Positions 19,206 through 25,879 of a stretch of 35,240 nucleotides of DNA are shown in pieces. Location of the stretch: the UHGV virus genome UHGV-0174372. The stretch is one strand, 5' to 3'. The position numbers and the translations under genes are program-made. The stretch is from a virus. How positions within the stretch are numbered: position 1 is the first letter of the stretch; each line of letters begins with the position of its first letter. The notes below the pieces were generated by a model that was given only the letters and a program-made list of their open reading frames with translations, did no database searches and was not told where the DNA came from.

Positions 19206-19232
19206 TTTCAGATATATATTACCTAGGTGAGA
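19206..19232 (+). promoter_or_regulatory. candidate phage early promoter (TATATTAC core), copy 2
   Basis: tttcagatatatattacctaggtgaga, identical to 10952-10978; 47 nt upstream of ATG 19279. Confidence 0.45.
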
Positions 19233-19278
19233 GTTTACGTAATACTCATTTATCGAATACCTAATTAGGAGTTATATC

Positions 19279-19392
19279 ATGATTTCTGTAAAACACAAAA
19301 AAGCTATCTTCGCTGTTGTTATCGCTGTTGTTCTGGGTTGCCTGTACCTGGATATCGACAAAGGCTACGACACTTGCATCGACAACGGTAAT
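19279..19392 (+). CDS. small membrane peptide (37 aa), not in ORF track
   Basis: aggag lies 7 nt upstream of ATG 19279. Hand translation gives MISVKHKKAIFAVVIAVVLGCLYLDIDKGYDTCIRQR: a basic N-terminus then a 16-residue hydrophobic helix. Flanked by the promoter-like element and a terminator. Confidence 0.4.
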
Positions 19393-19430
19393 TCCGTTGC
19401 ACAGTGCACTGGTCGTGGTTAATGTATAAG

Positions 19431-19460
19431 GCACCTTCGGGTGCCCTTAATTTTTTTATT
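19431..19460 (+). terminator. intrinsic terminator
   Basis: Stem ggcacc/ggtgcc with a tight loop, followed by cttaatttttttatt. Confidence 0.6.
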
Positions 19461-19476
19461 AATTGGAGCATAAAAG

Positions 19477-20292
19477 ATGATTACTATTAAAGATTATTTT
19501 CCGCGTGGGCTGAGCAATGAAAACTTCGTTCCAACTGAAGACATTGCCATCGTTGCAGAGTCTAACGATAAGTCTTTTAAACTCTACTTGAGTACGGCAG
19601 CAGGAAAATCCACTCTTATTCTTCGCGAACCTGAAGTGATAAGCATCTGCTCGTTTGGGGGCGGTGTAGAAGGAACGATTAATTGGTTGAAATCCAGAAT
19701 GCATCGTTTACTTATCGTGAACACCGATCCTACGATTCGATTACAGCAATTGAAATCGTTGAATGAAGTTATCGTCGGATTATTGGAACACGAAACGTTC
19801 GGTAATGCTGAGATTGCGGAAGCGATTAAATCTGTAGAACTAATCGAGTGGAGTGATATCGAATACGAACGTGCTGCGTTATTCGCAATGCATGGTGACG
19901 ATAATCCCGTTGTGTTTGCACAAACGTTGGATAATGTTACGGTAACGGCGCGCGTATTGTTTGGTTTACAGCGTGTTGAGTTTGAACTGAAACACGTTTA
20001 TGTAAGTAATACTCCAGAGATGGTGGAAACGTTGACTCGTGCGTTCGCTTACCCATTAGACGGAGAATGGGAACAGCAGATTAATGAAGCGTTAGGCGCA
20101 ATGCTGTTCTTAGCAGGCACACTAAGGAAAGAAGAGAAATTAGAAGGTCGTGTTTATCCAGAATACGATTTTGTTTGTGAAGAATGTGGAACACAGTACC
20201 AAATACGTGTTCCTTTAACCGGCCTGACAATCCCGAGAGCCAACGTGGAATGTAAGGAATGTGGCCATGTTCAATACGTAGCGACTAAATAA
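19477..20292 (+). CDS. hypothetical protein (271 aa) with C-terminal CxxC...CxxC zinc-ribbon-like motif
   Basis: ATG 19477 with GGAG at 8-nt spacing; the C-terminus reads ...FVCEECGTQYQIRVPLTGLTIPRANVECKECGHVQYVATK. Confidence 0.8.
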   Translation: MITIKDYFPRGLSNENFVPTEDIAIVAESNDKSFKLYLSTAAGKSTLILREPEVISICSFGGGVEGTINWLKSRMHRLLIVNTDPTIRLQQLKSLNEVIVGLLEHETFGNAEIAEAIKSVELIEWSDIEYERAALFAMHGDDNPVVFAQTLDNVTVTARVLFGLQRVEFELKHVYVSNTPEMVETLTRAFAYPLDGEWEQQINEALGAMLFLAGTLRKEEKLEGRVYPEYDFVCEECGTQYQIRVPLTGLTIPRANVECKECGHVQYVATK

Positions 20293-20298
20293 AAGCAA

Positions 20299-20340
20299 CC
20301 CCTAATCCTTTTCGGGATTAGGGGTACACTTTATTTATTT
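20299..20340 (+). terminator. intrinsic terminator
   Basis: 10-bp stem cccctaatcc/gggattagggg with ttttc loop, followed by tacactttatttattttcg. Confidence 0.7.
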
Positions 20341-20403
20341 TCGCAAATTCAACAACTTGGATTAAATAAAAGGCTTAAAGCCTCTAACAATCTTCGAGTA
20401 CAG

Positions 20404-20433
20404 ATCTTCACCGAAAGGAGAAGTAACTACTAA
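20404..20433 (+). pseudogene. truncated remnant of a small-ORF paralog (3' end only, no start codon)
   Basis: cag atc ttc acc gaa agg aga agt aac tac taa is about 80% identical to the 3' end of the small ORF at 20590-20763 (..QIFTEKRSEHY*); the same frame is open back to 20293 but holds no ATG, GTG or TTG. Confidence 0.3.
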
Positions 20434-20469
20434 ATAAAATAAAGGGGTGTGACAGCACCCCTTATCAAA

Positions 20470-20556
20470 GCTTTAACTTTTCGAAAAGAGAAGTTAAAGC
20501 AGGGTACGCTGGTGCTACAGCGTACCCTTTACAACACCACTACGTTTCCGTAGTGG
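20470..20556 (+). other. cluster of three consecutive perfect hairpins (candidate structured RNA or regulatory element)
   Basis: gctttaactt/aagttaaagc (10 bp), agggtacgctg/cagcgtaccct (11 bp) and ccactacg/cgtagtgg (8 bp) back to back, ending about 30 nt before ATG 20590. Confidence 0.35.
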
Positions 20557-20589
20557 ATTTCTTTAATCACCCTACAAAGAGGGCTTACC

Positions 20590-20763
20590 ATGAACAATGG
20601 TTACTACTTTACCGACAAAATGCTTGCAGAACAGAGTGCAGCAAAGACCAATTTACAGCAACGTATCTACAAGTATAGTCAGCTCGGCATGGATAAACGG
20701 TTAAAACCGTCTACCAACCGTTTCACGCAGATATTCACTGAAAAGAGGAGTGAACACTACTAA
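20590..20763 (+). CDS. small hypothetical protein (57 aa), ORF-a; not in ORF track
   Basis: ATG 20590 with aagaggg about 6 nt upstream. Translation MNNGYYFTDKMLAEQSAAKTNLQQRIYKYSQLGMDKRLKPSTNRFTQIFTEKRSEHY shares the pattern QQRIYKYSQLG / NQRMDEYVRLG with the next small ORF. Confidence 0.45.
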   Translation: MNNGYYFTDKMLAEQSAAKTNLQQRIYKYSQLGMDKRLKPSTNRFTQIFTEKRSEHY

Positions 20764-20843
20764 CAAATAAAGGAGAGGCGTGTCAGCGCCTCTCCTCCTC
20801 GTACAGTAACCTGCCGAGATGGTGGTCGTAGGTATAATAAAAA

Positions 20844-20958
20844 AGGGGGTGGTGAAGCACCCCTTTTCATAGCTTTAACTTTTCCAAAGAGAAGTTAAAG
20901 CAGTAGAGACTGGCGAAACAGTCTCTACTGTACGGTGTCAACACATAAAGTTGTTGAC
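20844..20958 (+). other. second hairpin cluster (variant copy of 20443-20556)
   Basis: ggggtg/cacccc hairpin with T-run, then gctttaactt/aagttaaagc, gtagagactg/cagtctctac (10 bp) and gtcaaca/tgttgac (7 bp), all before ATG 20990. Confidence 0.35.
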
Positions 20959-20989
20959 GTTTTTTACAACATTACGAAAGGTAATGAAA

Positions 20990-21151
20990 ATGAACGATTA
21001 TCAAATACAGCTGTTCAATACCGCGATGCGAAATCGTGAAAAACAAATTCAGTTTAACCAACGCATGGACGAATATGTTCGTCTCGGCCTCGTTGCGGCA
21101 CCGAAAACGGTTAACAACCACAATATTCACCAACCACCTGTAAGGAGGTAA
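20990..21151 (+). CDS. small hypothetical protein (53 aa), ORF-b, diverged paralog of ORF-a
   Basis: ATG 20990 with gaaagg at 8-nt spacing (the track start at 20951 is a TTG). Translation MNDYQIQLFNTAMRNREKQIQFNQRMDEYVRLGLVAAPKTVNNHNIHQPPVRR. Confidence 0.45.
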   Translation: MNDYQIQLFNTAMRNREKQIQFNQRMDEYVRLGLVAAPKTVNNHNIHQPPVRR

Positions 21152-21291
21152 GTTACTAACTAATAAAGGGGGTGTCGCCACACCCCCTACTTAGTTCAGT
21201 AGTTATCTTCCGTTCATAATTAATAAGCCTTCTGTTTTTTTGCTTTTCGGGACGCATAAGGGGTCGTAGGGGGAGCCGAAGCTCCCCAGAC

Positions 21292-22854
21292 TCAAAAGAG
21301 TTCGTCACCCATACCGCCTGTAAAGACGTTAATCGACGATGCAGTCACTGTTTCTTCTTTATCACAATCCCATGGCAAAATGCCAACATCACGGAAAGGT
21401 ATTACAGTATAATGATAAGCTTCTTTGGTATCGATAATGGTACGGTGTTTACCGCGTTGTACTTCTAAATAGCTGTGACCGTTGACGACACGTTTGTTAA
21501 AATACATCTCACCGTCAGCTTCGTTGTCTAAGCTAGAGCAGTTGTCGTAAAGACCACGACCAGGTAAGCTCTTACAGAAACTTGCTGGGTCGAGTGCTTT
21601 TAATTTTTTGCCTTCTGGTGAGATTTGGTGTGGTGCTAATAGGAAACCACGATTACGTACCACTTGGATGTTTCGCGCGATACGATAAATTTCTTTAATG
21701 TCACTACCCGCAATACCGTTACCGTGCCCTGCTTTGCTGATAGTACCGAAATAGTCTCCGCGTATTCCAGCTACATGATAACCTCGACGTTTTAAATCTA
21801 AAATCAAATCATTCAAATAGTGAATTTTAAAATCGGAGTTTGTGTGTTTTTGGAAAATATACTCCCAACCGTTTGCCCGCATTTTACTACAGAGGTAATC
21901 TGACATTTGTGCATTGTGTAGCGCTTTTTCTTCGTCAGTTGCCGTTTCAGGTGCAACCATTACCGGAGCTGTACCTTCAAAGTGTCCGTAAAGTGCTTGA
22001 TACGCGTAAGCCAAGTTAACATCTAATTCGTTTTCTAAACTTAAATCCAGAATAACCGGTTGTAAGTCACCTTTAACATTCGCCATCACCTTTTCTGGGG
22101 TGTTGAATACAGGAATGCTAATAGAGAGCAATAAACTGAATAATGACTTACAGTTAAAGGGTAGTGCAGGCATTAGCCAGAGTTCTTCGGTGATCCCTTT
22201 GTTACAGCCAAGCATTTGGTTAATTGCTTTCCACCCCGTACGCAACCCGTTCCCTGCCGCTTTCTTACTGATAGAGTCGAATACATGTACGAAGGGTGCT
22301 TTATTGTCAGTAATCAATTCCCCTACCAGAGAAGGAATCTTATTATGAGAGCGTTCACTGAACGTGGATAAGGTATCCTTAAGGTCGTTGAGCGCCGTTT
22401 GTAAATCAACACGCGTTTCAGTGCCGTTCAGTGCGCCTAACGTACGACCCAATTTTTGTTTCAGTTGTACGCCTTGAATAGCTTGACGTAACTGAAAGTA
22501 GTATTGTGCTACTTGGCGATTAAGATGCTCGATGCGTGCTTCTGGTTCTTCTGGAATATCATCTTCCAGGAATTTGGTAATCGTATCGTATAGAGGACGT
22601 ATTTGCGTAGTGGCCAGTTTCAAACGTTTCATGACGTTTGTGTGGTCGTAAGGCATACCGCCGTCTATGATGGATGTGATGATATCCTTGATTTCGACGA
22701 GGGCGGCACGTTCGTCACCTTCTTCTGCGTAATCAGGAAGCTTAGCCTCTAACAGCACTTTTCTTATGATGTCGTGGTCCTTTTCAGGATCGGTCAGAAG
22801 ACTTTCAGCGTATAATGTGGCTAAGGCGGTTATCAACATCATTTTGTTATTCAT
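21292..22854 (-). CDS. hypothetical phage protein (520 aa)
   Basis: Long ORF with aagga 8 nt upstream of the ATG on the minus strand; a GC hairpin (21269-21287) abuts the stop; Gly-rich segment GDYFGTISKAGHGNGIAGSD. No motif recognised. Confidence 0.8.
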   Translation of the reverse strand: MNNKMMLITALATLYAESLLTDPEKDHDIIRKVLLEAKLPDYAEEGDERAALVEIKDIITSIIDGGMPYDHTNVMKRLKLATTQIRPLYDTITKFLEDDIPEEPEARIEHLNRQVAQYYFQLRQAIQGVQLKQKLGRTLGALNGTETRVDLQTALNDLKDTLSTFSERSHNKIPSLVGELITDNKAPFVHVFDSISKKAAGNGLRTGWKAINQMLGCNKGITEELWLMPALPFNCKSLFSLLLSISIPVFNTPEKVMANVKGDLQPVILDLSLENELDVNLAYAYQALYGHFEGTAPVMVAPETATDEEKALHNAQMSDYLCSKMRANGWEYIFQKHTNSDFKIHYLNDLILDLKRRGYHVAGIRGDYFGTISKAGHGNGIAGSDIKEIYRIARNIQVVRNRGFLLAPHQISPEGKKLKALDPASFCKSLPGRGLYDNCSSLDNEADGEMYFNKRVVNGHSYLEVQRGKHRTIIDTKEAYHYTVIPFRDVGILPWDCDKEETVTASSINVFTGGMGDELF

Positions 22855-22867
22855 GGAGCATCCTTAA

Positions 22868-23392
22868 ATGCAAATTCGTTTTAGTCCACCGTGGGAAGTT
22901 CAACCTAACATAGATAAAGGCGCTGCCGTTAAAAGTATAGAATTGCTCCAGGCAGGGTTCTTTAACTGGTTATATGACTGTCCGAATGGTTTCAGTTCTA
23001 TTATCTTACCTGAAGTAAGTCGTTCTGCTATTTATAAAGCACTGATGGCTCCGCCTGTGCTTCCAGGTAAATATTATGATCAGGTGTTACGTCTGGTCGA
23101 ATCAGGCGAAAAGGTTTCCCTTGACGATTTATATGGGGAAACAATTCCTTGTCGCGTACGTTGGGTGTTTACTCAACGTGGTGATACGATTGTGGCGTCA
23201 TTTGCAGAAGCGAAGTCCGGTTCGGGTTTTTCTTCGGGTGAAGACCACGCTGCGAAAAAGATGTTCTGCGCAGAACTTTTTAAATATATGCGTACCAAGA
23301 CTCGCGTCGTGGATGACTGCTTCAGTACCTCAACGCAGTTTGCCGCTAACGAAGTGCTGACGCAATTATACGCATGTCATTTATCTCATTAA
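22868..23392 (+). CDS. hypothetical phage protein (174 aa)
   Basis: ATG 22868 with GGAG 9 nt upstream; divergent from the 520-aa gene across a 13-bp spacer. Confidence 0.7.
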   Translation: MQIRFSPPWEVQPNIDKGAAVKSIELLQAGFFNWLYDCPNGFSSIILPEVSRSAIYKALMAPPVLPGKYYDQVLRLVESGEKVSLDDLYGETIPCRVRWVFTQRGDTIVASFAEAKSGSGFSSGEDHAAKKMFCAELFKYMRTKTRVVDDCFSTSTQFAANEVLTQLYACHLSH

Positions 23393-23404
23393 GGTATTAA
23401 ACAA

Positions 23405-25699
23405 ATGAAAGATACCCGAATCTCTAATCTGGAGAAACTCGTACAAGCTGGTAACTCGCTGGTACAAAGCGTCATTAGTAACAACAGTGCTGGCGAAATG
23501 TGGAACACCATCGTTGCTGGTGAGTCTGTACGTAGCAACACGAAAGTTTTTGGTACCCTGCGTGACGATGCTGCACAGCACTACGCAAACGCGTTTGCTG
23601 GCGGTAAGAAAATGTCCCACGCTGCGGAAGTTGCTTCTGCAATGATTCTGGGTGCTGCTGGTCACGGTATGGACCTGCAAGAAAAAGTAGCGCAAGAATA
23701 CGCTAAGCCAGAATTCCATAGCCGTTTTAACCTGGACGTTGCGATTCCTGGTTCCCAAGCTGGTAACGGCGACTGGGGCAAAGAGCGTATGGTTGTTGCT
23801 CAGGAATACTACACCAACAAAGATTACGACAAAAACCTGGGTCTGACCTGGACGCTGAACGTACGTGCTCTGGAAACTCAGTCTCGTTTCGCTGAGACTC
23901 TGTTCCCGACCATCACCGTTGACACCAACGATGTTGGTATTACCGTACGTACCAAAGTGACCACCGTTTCTCGTGGTGTCATGCACGCGTTACTGACCAA
24001 AGACGTTGTTGAAGATCATCGTCGTAACCTGCACGAAGCGCTGACTGACCACACCGTTCTTCAGGACGAAGCGATCAACATCGTTCCTTACGTAATGGAA
24101 ACCGGTGAAAATGCTGAATACTTCGTAAGCGAAGAACTGGTACCGAACGAATCTGTTCGCCTGGGTCGTGTACCTCCGTACCCGACTAACTACCTGAGCT
24201 TTGCTAAAGACACTCTGAACCTGTTCCAGCTGTCTGCGCATCCGGGTATCGTTCAGGAAGGTTACGACGAAACTGATGAAATCGCACCGGGTTGTGCTCT
24301 GGGCAGCCTGCTGATTTCTGTACGTAAACCGACCGAAGAAGCGAAAGCAGGTAAATTCATTAAACTGCACGTTCGTGACATGCAGTTCGCAACCTTCCAG
24401 CGTCCTGCTGAAGGTGATGGCCGTGAGCTGGTACTGCAATTCCGTCGTACTGCGTTCTCTCTGAATGCGAAAACCACCGACTGGAAAGGCGAAGCTATTC
24501 CGGCACTGAAATCACTGGAACAGAACTCCTACACCCTGCGTTATGTGATCACCATCAACATGTCTCTGTTCACTACCGGTCAGTTCGGTGGTAAAGTTGA
24601 CATCGCTGGTCACAAACTGGAAATCGAAGGTCTGTACGACGCTACCGGTAACAAAGTTGATACCAAATCTGGTACCGGCAAAGTTATCCTGGACGGTCTG
24701 AAACTTGAACTGATGGGCTGGCGCTTCGATGGTACTCGTACCAACGAAAACCGTCGTACCCAGGGTCTGCTGCTTGACCCAATCTGGGAACAAGAAAACT
24801 ACAAACTGCAATACGGTTCTCCGATCCTGACCAAGTCTCCGGTTGGCGTTGAATACGACGATACCGAACGTCTGGACGACCTGATTTCCGCAGTTAACAT
24901 CCGTAACGAACAGCTGGCTATCACTCAGACGCTGTCTTACACCGAAGCGGTACGTAACGCTGCTGCAAGCATGATCACTCCGTGGGACAAACCGGCCATT
25001 CGTGGTCTGGGCCGTCACTGGGTTGCTCCGTGGTTCAAAGAGTCTGACTACAACGTTGATGAAGTTGTACAGTCCCTGGATACCAAAGATGCACTGATCA
25101 ACGCTCGTCAGGGCCTGGTACAGCGTATCGGTAATCAGGTAACTCAGGCTATCCAGGAATCTCGCTTCATTCCTGCGCTGCGTCTGTACACTGCCGATCC
25201 GGACATTCTGCCGAAAGTTGTTATTGCAACTGACGAACCGACTGCATCTATGCTGCTGCTGGTACAGGGCGACCAACGTCTGCTGGGCGATCGCTACGAA
25301 TACGAAGTGATCACCACCAACGATGACCGCTGGCGTATCTACAACGCAGCTGACGGTTCCTGGACTCGTCGTCTGCAATGGTTCCTGAAAGTTCCGACTG
25401 CGGACGATGGTTCCTACAACGTGCTGAACTGGGGTAACCACTTCTGGTCTCCGATCATGGTTACCAATATCAACATTCAGCGTAACGGTTCTACCTCTAA
25501 AGAGCTGGCCGTACAGCCGCGCAACGCGCACATCTGCCACTGCCCGATCACCGGTCTGATCTGGGTTAAAGGCATCACCAAACTGGTTGAAGAAAAACTG
25601 GCTTACAATGTTTCTGTTGAACAGAACGGTCAGAAACAAACCGAAGGTGGTGTAGCAGGTAACGTTGCTGGCGAAGGCAAAGCTGCTGCTGGTAAGTAA
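23405..25699 (+). CDS. candidate major capsid protein (764 aa); product assignment tentative
   Basis: The most strongly codon-optimised ORF in the window; size is in the range I recall for phiKZ-type major capsid proteins; N-terminal SAGE and AGES motifs; strong terminator downstream. Confidence 0.8.
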   Translation: MKDTRISNLEKLVQAGNSLVQSVISNNSAGEMWNTIVAGESVRSNTKVFGTLRDDAAQHYANAFAGGKKMSHAAEVASAMILGAAGHGMDLQEKVAQEYAKPEFHSRFNLDVAIPGSQAGNGDWGKERMVVAQEYYTNKDYDKNLGLTWTLNVRALETQSRFAETLFPTITVDTNDVGITVRTKVTTVSRGVMHALLTKDVVEDHRRNLHEALTDHTVLQDEAINIVPYVMETGENAEYFVSEELVPNESVRLGRVPPYPTNYLSFAKDTLNLFQLSAHPGIVQEGYDETDEIAPGCALGSLLISVRKPTEEAKAGKFIKLHVRDMQFATFQRPAEGDGRELVLQFRRTAFSLNAKTTDWKGEAIPALKSLEQNSYTLRYVITINMSLFTTGQFGGKVDIAGHKLEIEGLYDATGNKVDTKSGTGKVILDGLKLELMGWRFDGTRTNENRRTQGLLLDPIWEQENYKLQYGSPILTKSPVGVEYDDTERLDDLISAVNIRNEQLAITQTLSYTEAVRNAAASMITPWDKPAIRGLGRHWVAPWFKESDYNVDEVVQSLDTKDALINARQGLVQRIGNQVTQAIQESRFIPALRLYTADPDILPKVVIATDEPTASMLLLVQGDQRLLGDRYEYEVITTNDDRWRIYNAADGSWTRRLQWFLKVPTADDGSYNVLNWGNHFWSPIMVTNINIQRNGSTSKELAVQPRNAHICHCPITGLIWVKGITKLVEEKLAYNVSVEQNGQKQTEGGVAGNVAGEGKAAAGK

Positions 25700-25714
25700 T
25701 CTTGCTTAAAAAGA

Positions 25715-25752
25715 GTCTAAGCCCTTCGGGGCTTAGACCTTTTATTTTTTTC
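25715..25752 (+). terminator. intrinsic terminator
   Basis: 10-bp stem gtctaagccc/gggcttagac with ttcg loop, followed by cttttattttttt. Confidence 0.75.
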
Positions 25753-25817
25753 TTTCTATTATTTTTTGGATAGATATTATTAAAGGGAGACGGCCAGTTG
25801 GTTTTAAAGGAGTATGT

Positions 25818-25868
25818 ATGGAAAAAATACAGTTTAAACTAAAGATATGTGTCATCATTAAAATTTAG
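25818..25868 (+). CDS. possible 16-codon upstream ORF or leader peptide (MEKIQFKLKICVIIKI)
   Basis: aaaggag lies 5 nt upstream of ATG 25818; its TAG ends 11 nt before ATG 25880, which has no obvious Shine-Dalgarno of its own. Confidence 0.25.
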   Translation: MEKIQFKLKICVIIKI

Positions 25869-25879
25869 CTTGGGTTCCC

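Larger units (their letters stand above)
20404..21190 (+). repeat. tandem cassette array: three copies of a small-ORF 3'-end plus GC-hairpin module, interspersed with multi-hairpin spacers
   Basis: Module copies at 20404-20462, 20732-20796 and 21128-21187 share (a)ctactaa-(n)-aataaagg followed by a 7-10 bp GC stem; a nested palindrome recurs at 20470-20500 and 20872-20901. Confidence 0.6.

Noticed and set aside
49-20951. ORF-track start codons at TTG 49, TTG 9583, TTG 11002, TTG 18237 and TTG 20951
   Set aside because: In each case a downstream in-frame ATG with a properly spaced Shine-Dalgarno is the likelier start (9610, 11029, 18243, 20990). For ORF 49 the frame is open to the window edge, so the gene is 5'-partial.
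20951-20990. Host sigma70-like -35/-10 pair (ttgacg ... 17 bp ... weak -10) upstream of ORF-b
   Set aside because: The -10 match is poor and the site overlaps a hairpin; it is not convincing without experimental start-site data.
20293-21291. CRISPR array or tRNA genes in the repeat-rich intergenic region
   Set aside because: The repeats are not identical units at regular spacing and there are no spacer-like unique segments. No hairpin set forms a cloverleaf with an acceptor stem or a T-loop GTTC motif.
21292-22854. Possible similarity of the 520-aa protein to isocitrate dehydrogenase kinase/phosphatase (AceK)
   Set aside because: The resemblance is limited to a few C-terminal residues (..ELF); no kinase motifs align, so it was treated as coincidence.
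23381-25639. Antisense ORFs inside the 764-aa gene (24512-25639, 23990-24439, 23381-23986, minus strand)
   Set aside because: Same codon-bias artefact: there is no ribosome-binding site and the composition is not protein-like.
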